Of a stretch of DNA of 64,000 bases, positions 1 to 10,599 are shown in pieces. The notes beneath the pieces were generated by a model that saw nothing but the letters and a program-made list of their open reading frames with translations, did not search any database and was not told the DNA's origin. This DNA is from Macrostomum lignano. Lineage: Eukaryota. Both the position numbers and the translations under genes were made by a program. The stretch's first letter is position 1. Every line of letters begins with the position of its first letter. The DNA lies in NCBI GenBank assembly GCA_002269645.1, contig NIVC01000217.1:719793-783792 (forward strand). The letters are read 5' to 3'.

Positions 1-669
1 TTCACCCAAGTAACCTCGCTTGTTGTTAGTCGAACAATCATAGAAATGGTGATAGACTTGCGCATTGTGCGCATTTCTAAGTAACCTGACAAAGAAGGTA
101 AAGCTTTTTGTCTTTGTCAGGAAGCTCGGGACGAGAGTGTTGCCATCGTTGTCAACTTCAATATAGCTACTAACTCCTCCTGGAAAATAGGCACCTGAGG
201 AGGTCTGCGAGATGGTACCGTAAGGAGTGACATTATACTTAGCCGGATTAACCAGGTTGCTGTAGCCCTGCCTGAAGTCGTACAGTAGAAGCAGTTTCGA
301 AGCCAGTGCGGAATCGAGTCCAGGCACTTGAGGCGCGGCTGCAGCGGTTGCCGCATTCTTGAAGTAGCTCACACATCCAGCAGCTGCAGGTGGGCTGGCG
401 GGTGTAAAAATTGAACTCAGCTGAAATGCAGTGCCAAAATAGCAAATACCTTCCTGGCTTCGGTAAGTGGCCGCGCAGTCGGTTCTGGTTGCACATTTGT
501 ACACGCAGAGCTCTACCGAATGACTTCCTTCTAGCTTTTGTAGCTGTGAGATTTTCGCAGTTTCTGGGCACTTGTCCGTTTTAGCGAACTTTATAGAACT
601 GGTCGGAGAGCAGCCGTGAGCAGTTGTCACAGCTGACCAAAGAATCAGGGGGAATAACACAGCCTGCAT
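1..669 (-). CDS. Secreted protein: signal peptide + PAN/Apple-like domain + LamG/ConA-like domain (3' partial, runs off window)
   Basis: Manual translation from ATG at 669 is open to base 1: MQAVLFPLILWSAVTTAHG (signal-like), then CSPT...KCPET...VELCVYKCATRTDCAATYRSQEGICYF (PAN-like Cys spacing), then LLLLYDF...YFPGGVSSYIEV...SFTFFVRL (LamG-like). Absent from ORF track because no stop lies in the window. Confidence 0.8.
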   Translation of the reverse strand, partial: MQAVLFPLILWSAVTTAHGCSPTSSIKFAKTDKCPETAKISQLQKLEGSHSVELCVYKCATRTDCAATYRSQEGICYFGTAFQLSSIFTPASPPAAAGCVSYFKNAATAAAAPQVPGLDSALASKLLLLYDFRQGYSNLVNPAKYNVTPYGTISQTSSGAYFPGGVSSYIEVDNDGNTLVPSFLTKTKSFTFFVRLLRNAHNAQVYHHFYDCSTNNKRGYLGE

Positions 670-1000
670 TCTGTTGTTAGCTCGATCTGTATGCGTTGTG
701 TCAGTAGAGAGTTGGCTTGCTAAGCAGTCTGGCACTTGAAATTAATCGCTTTAGAGATGCTTCCATGAAAGTCGCCCAGGGCAACCAAGAGTAGCTTTGG
801 TCTGCCAGCCAATTGAAGAGCTCATGTGACCAGTGCTGCTCAGCCACTAGTGAGTTTACTGTTGGAATAAGACAGGTTTTGGGGTATACCACAACATCAA
901 GCGCCCACTTCTATGTACATGCAGGGCAGGGGCGTATAGGTATGAGGGCAGGGGGCCGCGGACCCTCTATTAAGCTGGCAGAAATGATGGAGTCTCTTAA

Positions 1001-1416
1001 GATGGTGTCCCTTACGATGGCGTCCCTTACGATGGCGTCCCTTACGATGGCGTCCCTTACGATGGCGTCCCTTACGATGGCGTCCCTTACGATGGCGTCC
1101 CTTACGATGGCGTCCCTTACGATGGCGTCCCTTACGATGGCGTCCCTTACGATGGCGTCCCTTACGATGGCGTCCCTTACGATGGCGTCCCTTACGATGG
1201 CGTCCCTTACGATGGCGTCCCTTACGATGGCGTCCCTTACGATGGCGTCCCTTACGATGGCGTCCCTTACGATGGCGTCCCTTACGATGGCGTCCCTTAC
1301 GATGGCGTCCCTTACGATGGCGTCCCTTACGATGGCGTCCCTTACGATGGCGTCCCTTACGATGGCGTCCCTTACGATGGCGTCCCTTACGATGGCGTCC
1401 CTTACGATGGCGTCCC
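1001..1416. repeat. 15-bp minisatellite (CCCTTACGATGGCGT)n, about 27 copies
   Basis: Directly visible near-perfect tandem array. Confidence 0.97.
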
Positions 1417-1899
1417 TAAAAAGCGACCCCAAGGTTGAAGACCCCGCGGTGGCACCTCTGGCTACTGGCGCCCCTCGCTGTCGCTGGCGCTCCCCAAAGA
1501 CGCAGCCCCCCTCCCCTGCAATTGAAAAATATACACATCAAAGACTCGCGGGAGGACATTCAAACTGCTTTTAAATTTTATGGTTTTTCAAGTCAGGCAG
1601 ACTTTAATCAGCTTCTTGGGGTATTAGAAATCTAGTGACAGAATGCAAAAAAATTATTACAATTTCTACGCTCGTATGAGTATTGCAGATATGCTGCACT
1701 GTAAAGCCTGTAGTTAAAGTGCTGACTCCTCTCGCGCCCACGGTAGAGTGCGTCTGCTTCAAGAACTCCTTTTTCTATTGTTTAGCAACGCCATCTCAGG
1801 TCTTTCAACCATCTCCTACCTTCTTGCATTCAACCCATCTGCCTTTCTACTTCTAATGGCTTGTCCTCAGTTGACGAAACCCCTCATTATGGAGCTGCA

Positions 1900-2660
1900 A
1901 GACAAGACAGCTGTGCCTGCTCACGGTTGCTCAATAGGCCTCCGCTCCTACTAAATTTTTGTCCTAAATTATTGATTTGCAGTCGCTGCATCCATGACAA
2001 GGCCTGTCAAATTCTCGCATCTTTGGAAGCCAGCAGCATTTTTTTTCTTAACTTGACGACTTGACAATTTACAGAGCTAGGCAAAGCAATAAAATTTAGG
2101 CGGATGTAAAAGCAACATTACTACTTTTATAAAAATAAAAAGTAACATGTGAGGCATGTTTGGTCTTTTGTTTTGTATTGGACTAACGTAAAAAGAACGT
2201 ATAAAATTATTCTTTTTAGTAAAAAAATCGATTTTGGTCACACCAACCCGTCCGAGTGTGCTCCCAATCATCGCAGCCGCTCGAGAGAATCATTTTCAGT
2301 GAACCAAACTCAAACTACCAATCGAGATTGACACCGCGATGGATTCTGTCTGACAACAATCTACTTGAACTCAGCTCTTGTAACTTTACCTTTTCTGTAA
2401 ATCTGATGAGACAGACTTGGAACCAGTAGAATATTACATGTTTCACGACTGCAACGAGCTAAATTCTGAGATCGTATCGCCAAGTATCCGTATCTGGATC
2501 AACGGAGATGGTAGGGTTCAAATGCCGTTGAACAGGGCCCACTCAGCTGGGATAACTGGAAAATGAGCCGCAAAGCCTGAAGAACTTGTGAAGTAAAGCC
2601 AGAAATATCATTCATCTTGTCAGTGAAATCTATAGCTTTTGGAGACACCAATGGTAGTTA
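1900..2660 (+). pseudogene. Decayed inverted paralog of the PAN+LamG gene
   Basis: Fragments in shifting frames: VPAHGCS (cf. TTAHGCS), LICSRCIHDKAC, SCNFTFSVNL (cf. SFTFFVRL), EYYMFHDC (cf. VYHHFYDC), MPLNRAHSAGIT; same order, with stops and frameshifts. Confidence 0.45.
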
Positions 2661-2829
2661 TTTTTTGAGTTGCTAAGATTTTTGTTATAATAGTACATTA
2701 TATGCGCATCGCAGACTGTATTTACTCTTGCACCATTAAATTTGTATTCACTTTTTTACCGATAAAAAAACAATATATATTTATATTTATATTCAAAGCT
2801 CGTACGAGCTATTTTATGGTGTTCGTTTA

Positions 2830-4400
2830 CGTTTATTGATGAGGACGCACTTTTTTCCAAATCCCGCGCTAGCACATGGGCTCTAAACTTACTAGCCGTA
2901 GGCAATGAGCATTTTTATTATTTTTCTGCGAATTGTCATAGAATCTATACTAGATATAATTTTTGGTCATATTAGTAGTCATAATAACATAGGCGCAGCT
3001 TTTTGGATCATAAATCATCGTTTTCGAAGCTGGTCTGACAGCCACCTGCGCCTCACTGAGTGTTGAGGCGGGCGCCAGATGGTCTGAGGGGATGCGGGCG
3101 GTAGCTTTTCTCTCATCATTTTGACAGGCCATCAAGATTTATGAGGTCAGGGCCGATTGCTCGTGTTCACTCAAGCGTGTGACAGCTTTGACAGCTATGC
3201 GTTTTACCCCTAAAAGTACTTTTGGATTAGCGATCAGTGATTTCTCTTCATTATCTTCACTTTCTATTCAATAGGAGCTTTCTAATGTATATTTTTTCAT
3301 TAAATTTTGTCAATTCTACGAGAAAAGTCATAAATCCTTTTGTTGCGATTTTGATTGATTTATGGCCGCACCTGTACATGTTTTTACGACCCCGAGGGAA
3401 CTGATAGGATCTCCGGTCACGTGATTCTGTAGCAACAAGCTTAGCCAATCAGAAAATTCGACGCTCATTTTAACAAATCGGCTCAGCCAATCAGAATCGA
3501 CGTGTTCCATTATAACAAACTGCGGTCCAGTTGGCGGCTATTTAAACTGGTGTTTTCGGCCCGCACGGACTCCAACTTGCTCGGAACCGGCTCTCCCGCG
3601 AAGGAACCTTCCCGACATTTCTGGTTCCCGGAGCCCGACCGTCGTTTCTTGATCCCCGGATTGCGACTTCCCCCCCCCCCCTCATCATCAAGGACGAGTC
3701 CCCCGGTCATCAGCAGCGAACATCAAAGTTAAGATCATCACCTGCTAGTTATCTGCGAAGACTGTGACAGCATCATCCCGAGTCTACAGCTGCGAAGCAT
3801 CAAGCCGATTCGGTCACTGTGGATTACTCGTACCTGGTCTCCGGCTGTTGAGTTTCTGATTGGTTGGGTGAGAGGCTACCTAGACTTGCTTGATTGGGTG
3901 ATTCCCTATCTGTCCCTTGTTTCAGTAGCTGGATTAGGCGCACACTACTTTTGCTCTTTTTGTTCAGTAGTGCTGTTGCTGAGGCAGAAGACATTCAATA
4001 ATACTGCTAGTAGTCTAAAACTCCAATTCAATCTGAAGTGTGAAGTGATCTGAGGAGAAGGTTAAATCTGACAGTTATTTTTATCGGTTTTATTTCTTTG
4101 TTCGCCGATGGCTCAGATGAGTAGCTAAGCTAGTAGGCGCCGGTCACAGTGGACCAATGGCAAGGCAGTTCTCAGCTGTCGATCAATCTATCAAATCAGT
4201 TAGCAAAACTTCCAGAAGTGCAGAATTGGCGCCAGAGATGTACTTTGTGCACTCTAGGTTAGCCAAGCGGCTCGGGTAATGAATCATGCGAGGTCTCTGA
4301 AGTTCAAGTTTGCCTATCATCAGCTCTAGGAGAGGCTAGTTGGCGCGTTGAAGGCCAAAAGTACAGTTCTTCGTATTTAGCAATGTAATAGTACATGTAG
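2830..4400 (+). repeat. Copy 1 of a diverged ~1.55-kb repeat with CCAAT/TATA promoter architecture
   Basis: Collinear conserved blocks shared with 5820-7385 (TGAGGACGCAC, TTTATGRCCGCACCTG, AGCCAATCAGAAAATTCG, TTAAGATCA, CTGATTGGTTKGGTGAGAGGCT, GTTAAATCTG, AAGCGGCT, GCCAAAAG). Boundaries approximate. Confidence 0.7.
3445..3546 (+). promoter_or_regulatory. Two CCAAT boxes + TATA-like box (Pol II promoter-like)
   Basis: CCAAT at 3445 and 3487, TATTTAAA at 3539; conserved in the second copy. Confidence 0.55.
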
Positions 4401-5147
4401 CTACCCCATAGTCTCGCAAGAAACATTTGTAAACATTTGTAATAAACATTTGTATTTTCGTTCTGTGTAATTATTCTTCAATTTGTTGATGCACATTTGC
4501 TTCTAAGTTCAACTAACTAGCTTAAGCTAAAAAACTTATTTTGTTTTAAAAAATGCTTCTGTGGTTCTTCATTGCTATACATTTATAATATTTATTTTTG
4601 TGAAATCATCTTTGTTTATATGAAAAGCTGATACGACCTGTGCATAAAAATACACAAGTGCTACGTGCATGCCACTATTAACAATTTTTTTACGAAGCCC
4701 ACATTTTTGTTCAAAGTTTTCATTGCCCGTCTGTGTGATAGAAAAATGAGGACCTGAAATGTCATAACTTTTCTATCTGCATCATAATAAAATTTTACTT
4801 GATGCACAAATATATCCAAAAAACTCTATACAGACGCCCAATTGAAAGTAGCTTATTCATTAAATAGGCGAGTGACCCATCTAGTGTTTTTATTATCTAT
4901 GGAGTACAATAAGTCTTAGGTATCGGCCTATTGTCAGCTAGAAAGAATGCAAAAGAAGTATCAAAAGCTTTGTTTTGAAGTTCGTCGAACTCGATCTGAC
5001 GTCGGTCCGACCTAACACAGACGTCGGATTGTTGTACGGGTATGGTTCGAAGAGTTTTACCGAGTGCGTGTGCTGTGCTGAGTGTCTGTTTCTTTTGTCT
5101 CCTTCGATCCTATTTAGAGGCTTCGGCTGATTATTATTTTGCCTGCA

Positions 5148-5580
5148 TGACCTCGGATCAGACGTGATTACCCGCTGAATTTAGGTATATTATCAAGCGG
5201 AGGAAAATAAACTAACAAGGATTCCTCTATAGTAAGGGCGAGTGAACGGGGAAGAGCCCAACACCAAATCCCTTGGCGCAAGTCAACGGGAAATGTGGTG
5301 TTAAGGTAGCCCTTCGTATCAGTCTAGGCGTCTCAAGTCCACCTGATTGTGGCTCGAGCCCAGAGAGGGTGTAAGACCCTTAGAGACGGTGTAAGACCCG
5401 TACAGACGCTCCGACTGATTCCTGGGGTTTACCTACGAGTCGGCTTGTTTGGGAATGCAGGCCAAAGCGGGTGCTAAACTATCCAAGGCTAAATACTGGC
5501 ACGAGTCCGATTAGCAGACAAGTACCGTGAGGAAAAGTTGAAAAGAACTTTGAAGAGAGTTCAATAGTACGTGAAACCGC
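5148..5580 (+). rRNA. 28S rRNA 5' fragment (dispersed pseudogene, D1 region)
   Basis: TGACCTCGGATCAG...ACCCGCTGAA...AAGCGGAGGAAA...GAGTCGGCTTGTTTGGGAATGCAG...CAAGTACCGTGAGGAAAAGTTGAAAAGAACTTTGAAGAGAGTTCAATAGTACGTGAAACCG; several substitutions and an internal GGTGTAAGACCC duplication; A-rich tail at 5582-5609. Confidence 0.93.
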
Positions 5581-5819
5581 CAAAAAAGCAAAAAACAAGA
5601 AAGAAAAAAGACGTAGAGCCTTTGCCTAAATGCAGAGAATCTACGAAATAATAGGAAAAGAGCAGCAGAGGCAGTTTTACTGGAAGCTTGGAGAACTTAG
5701 GATGAGGAAGATACAACTAACAACAGTATAGATAATCAGTCCAAATTCGGCTCGCGAGCTAATTTCAAATCCGTCTGGCTCGGACGATAGATCTATTAAA
5801 CCTATTAGCGATCCGATTA

Positions 5820-7385
5820 CTAGTTTATGTTGAGGACGCACCTTTTTTTCAATTTTAGAATCGCGCATTTTGCTTCGATGCGCTTTTCCCTACTGTCAGT
5901 AGGCGAGCTTAGGAATTTCTCTCCATTCTCTCATCTAGGCTAAGTTCTATACTAATTTATGCCATTACTATTAATTATGTTAAATACTCAATGTACTTCT
6001 CTTAGGATTCTAATTTTGGATTGTTTACGCGTCTTTGAAGGTCAGACTGTCTGGGTTTGAGACGGATTGACCTCTAACAGTCTAGACAGGCGACTCTAAG
6101 TCTGGGAAGAATGTTTTCAACCCCATTCTGACCCTCAGATTTGCGGCTTTTTCACTGTTTTCAGTGATTTATGACGGTCTAGCTGTCACTTTTGGCTCCA
6201 GCCTGGCTGGGTCAAAGAGGTCTTTCCAGCTTTCTTCCCACTCGCTCTGTAAATTTCTCCTTTGATTTATGGGTGTTTTTCTGTCACTTTTGGCCCCAGG
6301 ATGTCTAGACAAGTGACTTTTATTATGTTTTGCTTATGATTTATGACCGCACCTGTCAACTTCCTGGGGGTCTGAAGGCCACCTGGTGGGGTGGGTTTTG
6401 GGGTCTTGAGCTCAGCCAATCAGAGTCGACCTGACTGCCCCCGGCTCGACCAATCAGAAAATTCGGCGCCAATTTTAACAAAAGCTCTCAGCCAATCAGA
6501 AAATTCGGCGTGTGTTATAACAAATCGGCCACGCGAGAGCTATAAAAGGCAGCAACTCGACCCGCGCTTGAAAACCTTCTTCGGAACCCGGTTCTTGGAC
6601 GGCCCCTTCGGCTTCTGCTGCGTCTTTGATGCCCGACCTCCCTTCCCCCGGCAGTTTCGGCTTCAACAGCTAAGTTTCCCTTGAGGGGTATCACCAGTAT
6701 TCTCGGCCGTGAACAAAGAGCAGCGACAGCAACCGGCAAGTGAAGAGCGACAGTGTCACGCGTCAGTTAAGATCAGCAGCAGCATCCTGTTTGAGCGCTT
6801 CGGTCTCTGTGGATTCCTTGGCTACCGGCAGATAGGTCCTCTGATTGGTTTGGTGAGAGGCTTTCTTGACCTGCTTAACTGGGTGCACCCTTTGTCTGAC
6901 CCCTTCCTAGGTAGTCTAATAATAGGATTTGCACTTTTGCTTACTTGCTTTTGTGGGCCAATCTCGAGGCAGAAGTGTCAGTTAATATTAAAAGTAGCCA
7001 TTCGCTCTAACTCTATCTAAAGTGTTTAGGATTGCGTATTGAGTGAGAAAGTTAAATCTGGAAGTTAAAGACTTAGCGTTTTCTTTCTTTTTCGCAATGC
7101 CAGCTGAAATAAGCGGCTAAATCTAGAGGCAGGGGTCAGAGTGAACCGGAAGCGGCACAGTTCCCAGTCAATCAGTCGATCTCAGAAATCATGATAAGCA
7201 TGCGAATTAAGTGCCAGACTGGCGCTTACGCGCGGTCTCAGGCAGCTAAGCGGCTAAAACGGGATAAATAAACGAGTCTGAAGGTCTCCAAAAGTGACAA
7301 TACATCTACATCATCGCTATCCGTCGACGTGTTAACACATTTAGTGCCAAAAGCGTGCAGTTACGTGTACTTATACATGTACTTC
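5820..7385 (+). repeat. Copy 2 of the diverged ~1.55-kb CCAAT/TATA repeat
   Basis: Collinear with 2830-4400 at offset ~2990; CCAAT at 6416, 6450 and 6492, TATAAAA at 6541. Confidence 0.7.
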
Positions 7386-7789
7386 TGGGAATTTGGTAAT
7401 GAAATAGTACTTTCAGTAGTGTATAGAGGCTCGCCAGCGCAATAATCCCCTGCAGAAGTCCTCTCTGTCCCTGCATGGCCAATGCGATCTTGTCCCAGCA
7501 GCGTCCCTTCTATTCGGCTATGACTTCGAGATTTAGACAGCTAAAATACACTAGATGGCAGGTAAGTGCAGTGTCCCTCTAGTCGGAATTCCGATTTCGA
7601 TAGCTCCGGTTTGGTGAGCCGGGGCGCACGGACTGGTGGCAGCGAGTTAGTTAATCTGCGGATTAACTAATATTTCTACATTTCAAATTCTCCCTGCTTG
7701 TCTCTCGCTGTCTTCTCCTAGCTATAGGACCTTGCTGCTCGCCCACAATCTAGCTACCATGGGGCTGACCATCTGACAGGAGTGAGAGG

Positions 7790-9585
7790 CCAGAGCTCTT
7801 AGTGATTCATTTCTGAGTTCTGAGGCCCGAAGCTATAGTCTTAAAGAGGCCGAACCCATCATTTAGTTAATCCAATTAATATAGACGAAGTGCATTGGGC
7901 TATCAGAGACTTTGGGAAAACAGCCGCGGGGCCTGATGGGTTAGTAGACATATTAGATAAACTGATAGAAAGGTACTAACCTACTTATTTAACGGTATTA
8001 CGTATGGCGAGTGGTAGAACACCTGCCTCTTTTAAGCATTCGAGAACGATTCTCATTCCTAAAGTTGACAAAACTACTTCACCAGCTGACTTTAGACCCC
8101 TTTCTATAGGTAATCTAACTTGCAGAACATACTATTAGATCTTAGCGAGGCGGCTTGCAGCTGAGGTTAGTACAAGCAGCGTTTAAAGGGGCTTTAAATT
8201 AGGTCTAGACGGGGTTGGTGCTGAAGTAGAATGGGATTTTCTCGGGGTGGCCTGGTAGGTCTTTGAATCCAATGAAGTAGAATGCTGCTTCTTCCCGGTT
8301 AGGCACTTAAGATTACCTTAAGACTCGAGCCTCTTCAGTGGGAAGTTCTCTTAGCTCTCAGTAGCGTAGGTAGTGCCCTAACCCTAAACAAGTCAACGAA
8401 CTCAGAACAGCGTGCAGATTTGCAGATTAAGGAACAAGGCGTTCTAATCAGCAGATCCCCGCCGGGCTCAGGGGTGGCTGGGAAGGCAGTGTTAGCCTCC
8501 CTTAGGCTTGGGCGTCTAAGTTTTAGTCAGGCCAATTGGTGATAGCTCAAATGGGCAACTGAACGAAGTCCGGAAAACTAGACAAGAAGAAGATTCCGAA
8601 GACGAATAGTCAGAATCTCAGGAACTCGGCTACAAATACTGATAACTGAAAACTCCTTGATGGAAACAAGGGGGAGAGGGGTCCTATTTATAGCGCGGGA
8701 TTCACATCTGTCCCATTGCACAAGATCTCGTGACTCGTTCTATTTATAGAACTGACGTCACTCATGGCCTCCGGGCACAGTCCCAATGCGCTCAAGACCT
8801 CGTGACTCGTTCTATTTTTAGAACGATCTATATTTATAGCAACATGAATCACTCCTCTCCTTATAGAAGGGAGGGAACCGAAAGCACGTGACTCACTCAG
8901 TAAACAGGACCAGCGAGTGCAGTAAATTGTTTACTGCACTTTAGGACTCCAAGAACGAGAGACCTGTCATGTGACTGGATCACATGACAGGGGAAAACGA
9001 AACTGACGAAACAGCGACAGCCCACCGGAGAGAAGCTGAGGGCTGAGAAACGAAGGAGCAAAACGGGCAAAACGAGGGAAGGGAGCAGCAACAAACAGAC
9101 AAAAGGAGGGAGGCGGGAAGCTGACCAGCGGCAGACAGCAACCCAGGGCGAGGGCGAAGGCAAGGGCGACTGCTGACAAAGTGCGACGCCCAACACCAAC
9201 TAGCGGATCACTACAGTGCGAATCACTTTCTTATCGAAAATATCCTTGCAGAGGCCAGAGCAGGGAACTCACCTCTGTTTTGGCCTTCCTGGACCTAAAA
9301 CAGCCTTTGATTCGGTCAAACACCGTACTTTACTTAGAGCACCTAGAAGAGTTGGCATGCCTGAAATCTTAATGAAGTACTTAGATAATCTATATGATAA
9401 TAATATTACTGATACTCGTATTTTTGGGTCAAATACTAAACTTGGGAGGGGTGTCAAGCAAGGCGACCCTTTGTAAGCCAATTCTTTTTAATTTCGTCAT
9501 TGATGAGGTCCTTGGCTCTCTCGATCCTCACATAGCCTTCCCAATCGCTGCAGAGAAGGTGAAATCGGCGGCCTTAGCCGCGATT
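7790..9585 (+). mobile_element. R2-like (RLE non-LTR) reverse transcriptase relic, split by a solo LTR
   Basis: TAAGPDG, RTILIPK, DFRPLSI, RGF..DGVG (7870-8221), then ANHFLIE, AFLDLKTAFDSV, RGVKQGDPL, PILFNFVID (9216-9585); stops and frameshifts; ends before YADD. Confidence 0.85.
8222..9215 (-). mobile_element. Solo LTR, 994 bp, 4-bp TSD
   Basis: TG...CA termini (TGAAGTAG...CACTACA), GTGC duplicated at 8218-8221 and 9216-9219; removal restores DGVGANHFLIE; several TATAAATA motifs on the minus strand suggest orientation. Confidence 0.8.
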
Positions 9586-9629
9586 TAATCAAGCGCGGGT
9601 AATCGGCGGGAGTAACTATGACTCGCTTA
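9582..9629 (+). rRNA. 28S rRNA segment immediately upstream of the R2 insertion site
   Basis: AAGCGCGGGTAATCGGCGGGAGTAACTATGACTCGCTTA vs canonical AAGCGCGGGTAAACGGCGGGAGTAACTATGACTCTCTTA (2 mismatches in 39 nt). Confidence 0.88.
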
Positions 9630-9660
9630 GACGGGCCGCTTAAAGGTGGTGTGTTACTCT

Positions 9661-10408
9661 GAAGAAAATCATGTAAAAATCACAGAAGCGTCATGTAAAA
9701 AGTGGAAGAAGCGTCAGGTAAAAAAGCATAGAAGCGTCATGTAAATAATCATATAAGCGTCATGTAAACAATCATGGAAGCGTCATGTAAACAATCATGG
9801 AAGCGTCATGTAAACAATCATGGAAGCGTCATGTAGACAATCATAGAAGCGTCATGTAAACAATCATGGAAGCGTCATGTAAACAATCATGAAAGCGTCA
9901 TGTAGACAATCATAGAAGCGTCATGTAAACAATCATAGAAGCGTCATGTAAACAATCATAGAAGCGTCATGTAAAAATCATAGAAGCGTCATGTAAAAAT
10001 CATAGAAGCGTCATGTAGACAATCATAGAAGCGTCATGTAAACAATCATAGAAGCGTCATGTAAACAATCATAGAAGCGTCATGTAAACAATCATAGAAG
10101 CGTCATGTAAAAATCATAGAAGCGTCATGTAGACAATCATAGAAGCGTCATGTAAACAATCATAGAAGCGTCATGTAGACAATCATAGAAGCGTCATGTA
10201 GACAATCATAGAAGCGTCATGTAAACAATCATAGAAGCGTCATGTAAACAATCATAGAAGCGTCATGTAAAAATCATAGAAGCGTCATGTAGACAATCAT
10301 AGAAGCGTCATGTAGACAATCATAGAAGCGTCATGTAAACAATCATAGAAGCGTCATGTAAACAACCATAGAAGCGTCATGTAAAAATCATAAAAGCGTC
10401 ATGTAAAA
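9661..10408. repeat. 22-23-bp minisatellite (AAACAATCATAGAAGCGTCATGT)n
   Basis: About 32 tandem copies visible. Confidence 0.95.
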
Positions 10409-10599
10409 TGCAATGGTTTGCATAGGCGCTAGCAACTTGTGCAAACCAGCTTTAGTGACCAGCCAACCCCTGCCTTTGTGCATCTGTTTGGGGCGGGCTG
10501 TACTTAGCCCCGCCCCCTCCGCTGGCTATTTAGCACGCCGTTTCAGCGTTGCGCTTAGTATTTTCGCTGCTATATTTTTTGCAAAAAATCTGCTGAATC

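Noticed and set aside
431-449. Apparent 29-nt GT..AG intron in the PAN-LamG gene (421-449)
   Set aside because: The frame reads through with a conserved-looking Cys motif (GICYFG); splicing would shift the frame.
813-1574. ORFs of 253 aa (MASLT)n and 173 aa (RDAIV)n
   Set aside because: Translations of a stop-free 15-bp minisatellite.
3620-3725. CTGATGA hammerhead-like core on the minus strand
   Set aside because: No GAAA directly after a plausible stem II and no stems I/III.
5148-5580. Functional rDNA unit
   Set aside because: Only ~430 bp, mutated at conserved positions, with no 18S or 5.8S nearby.
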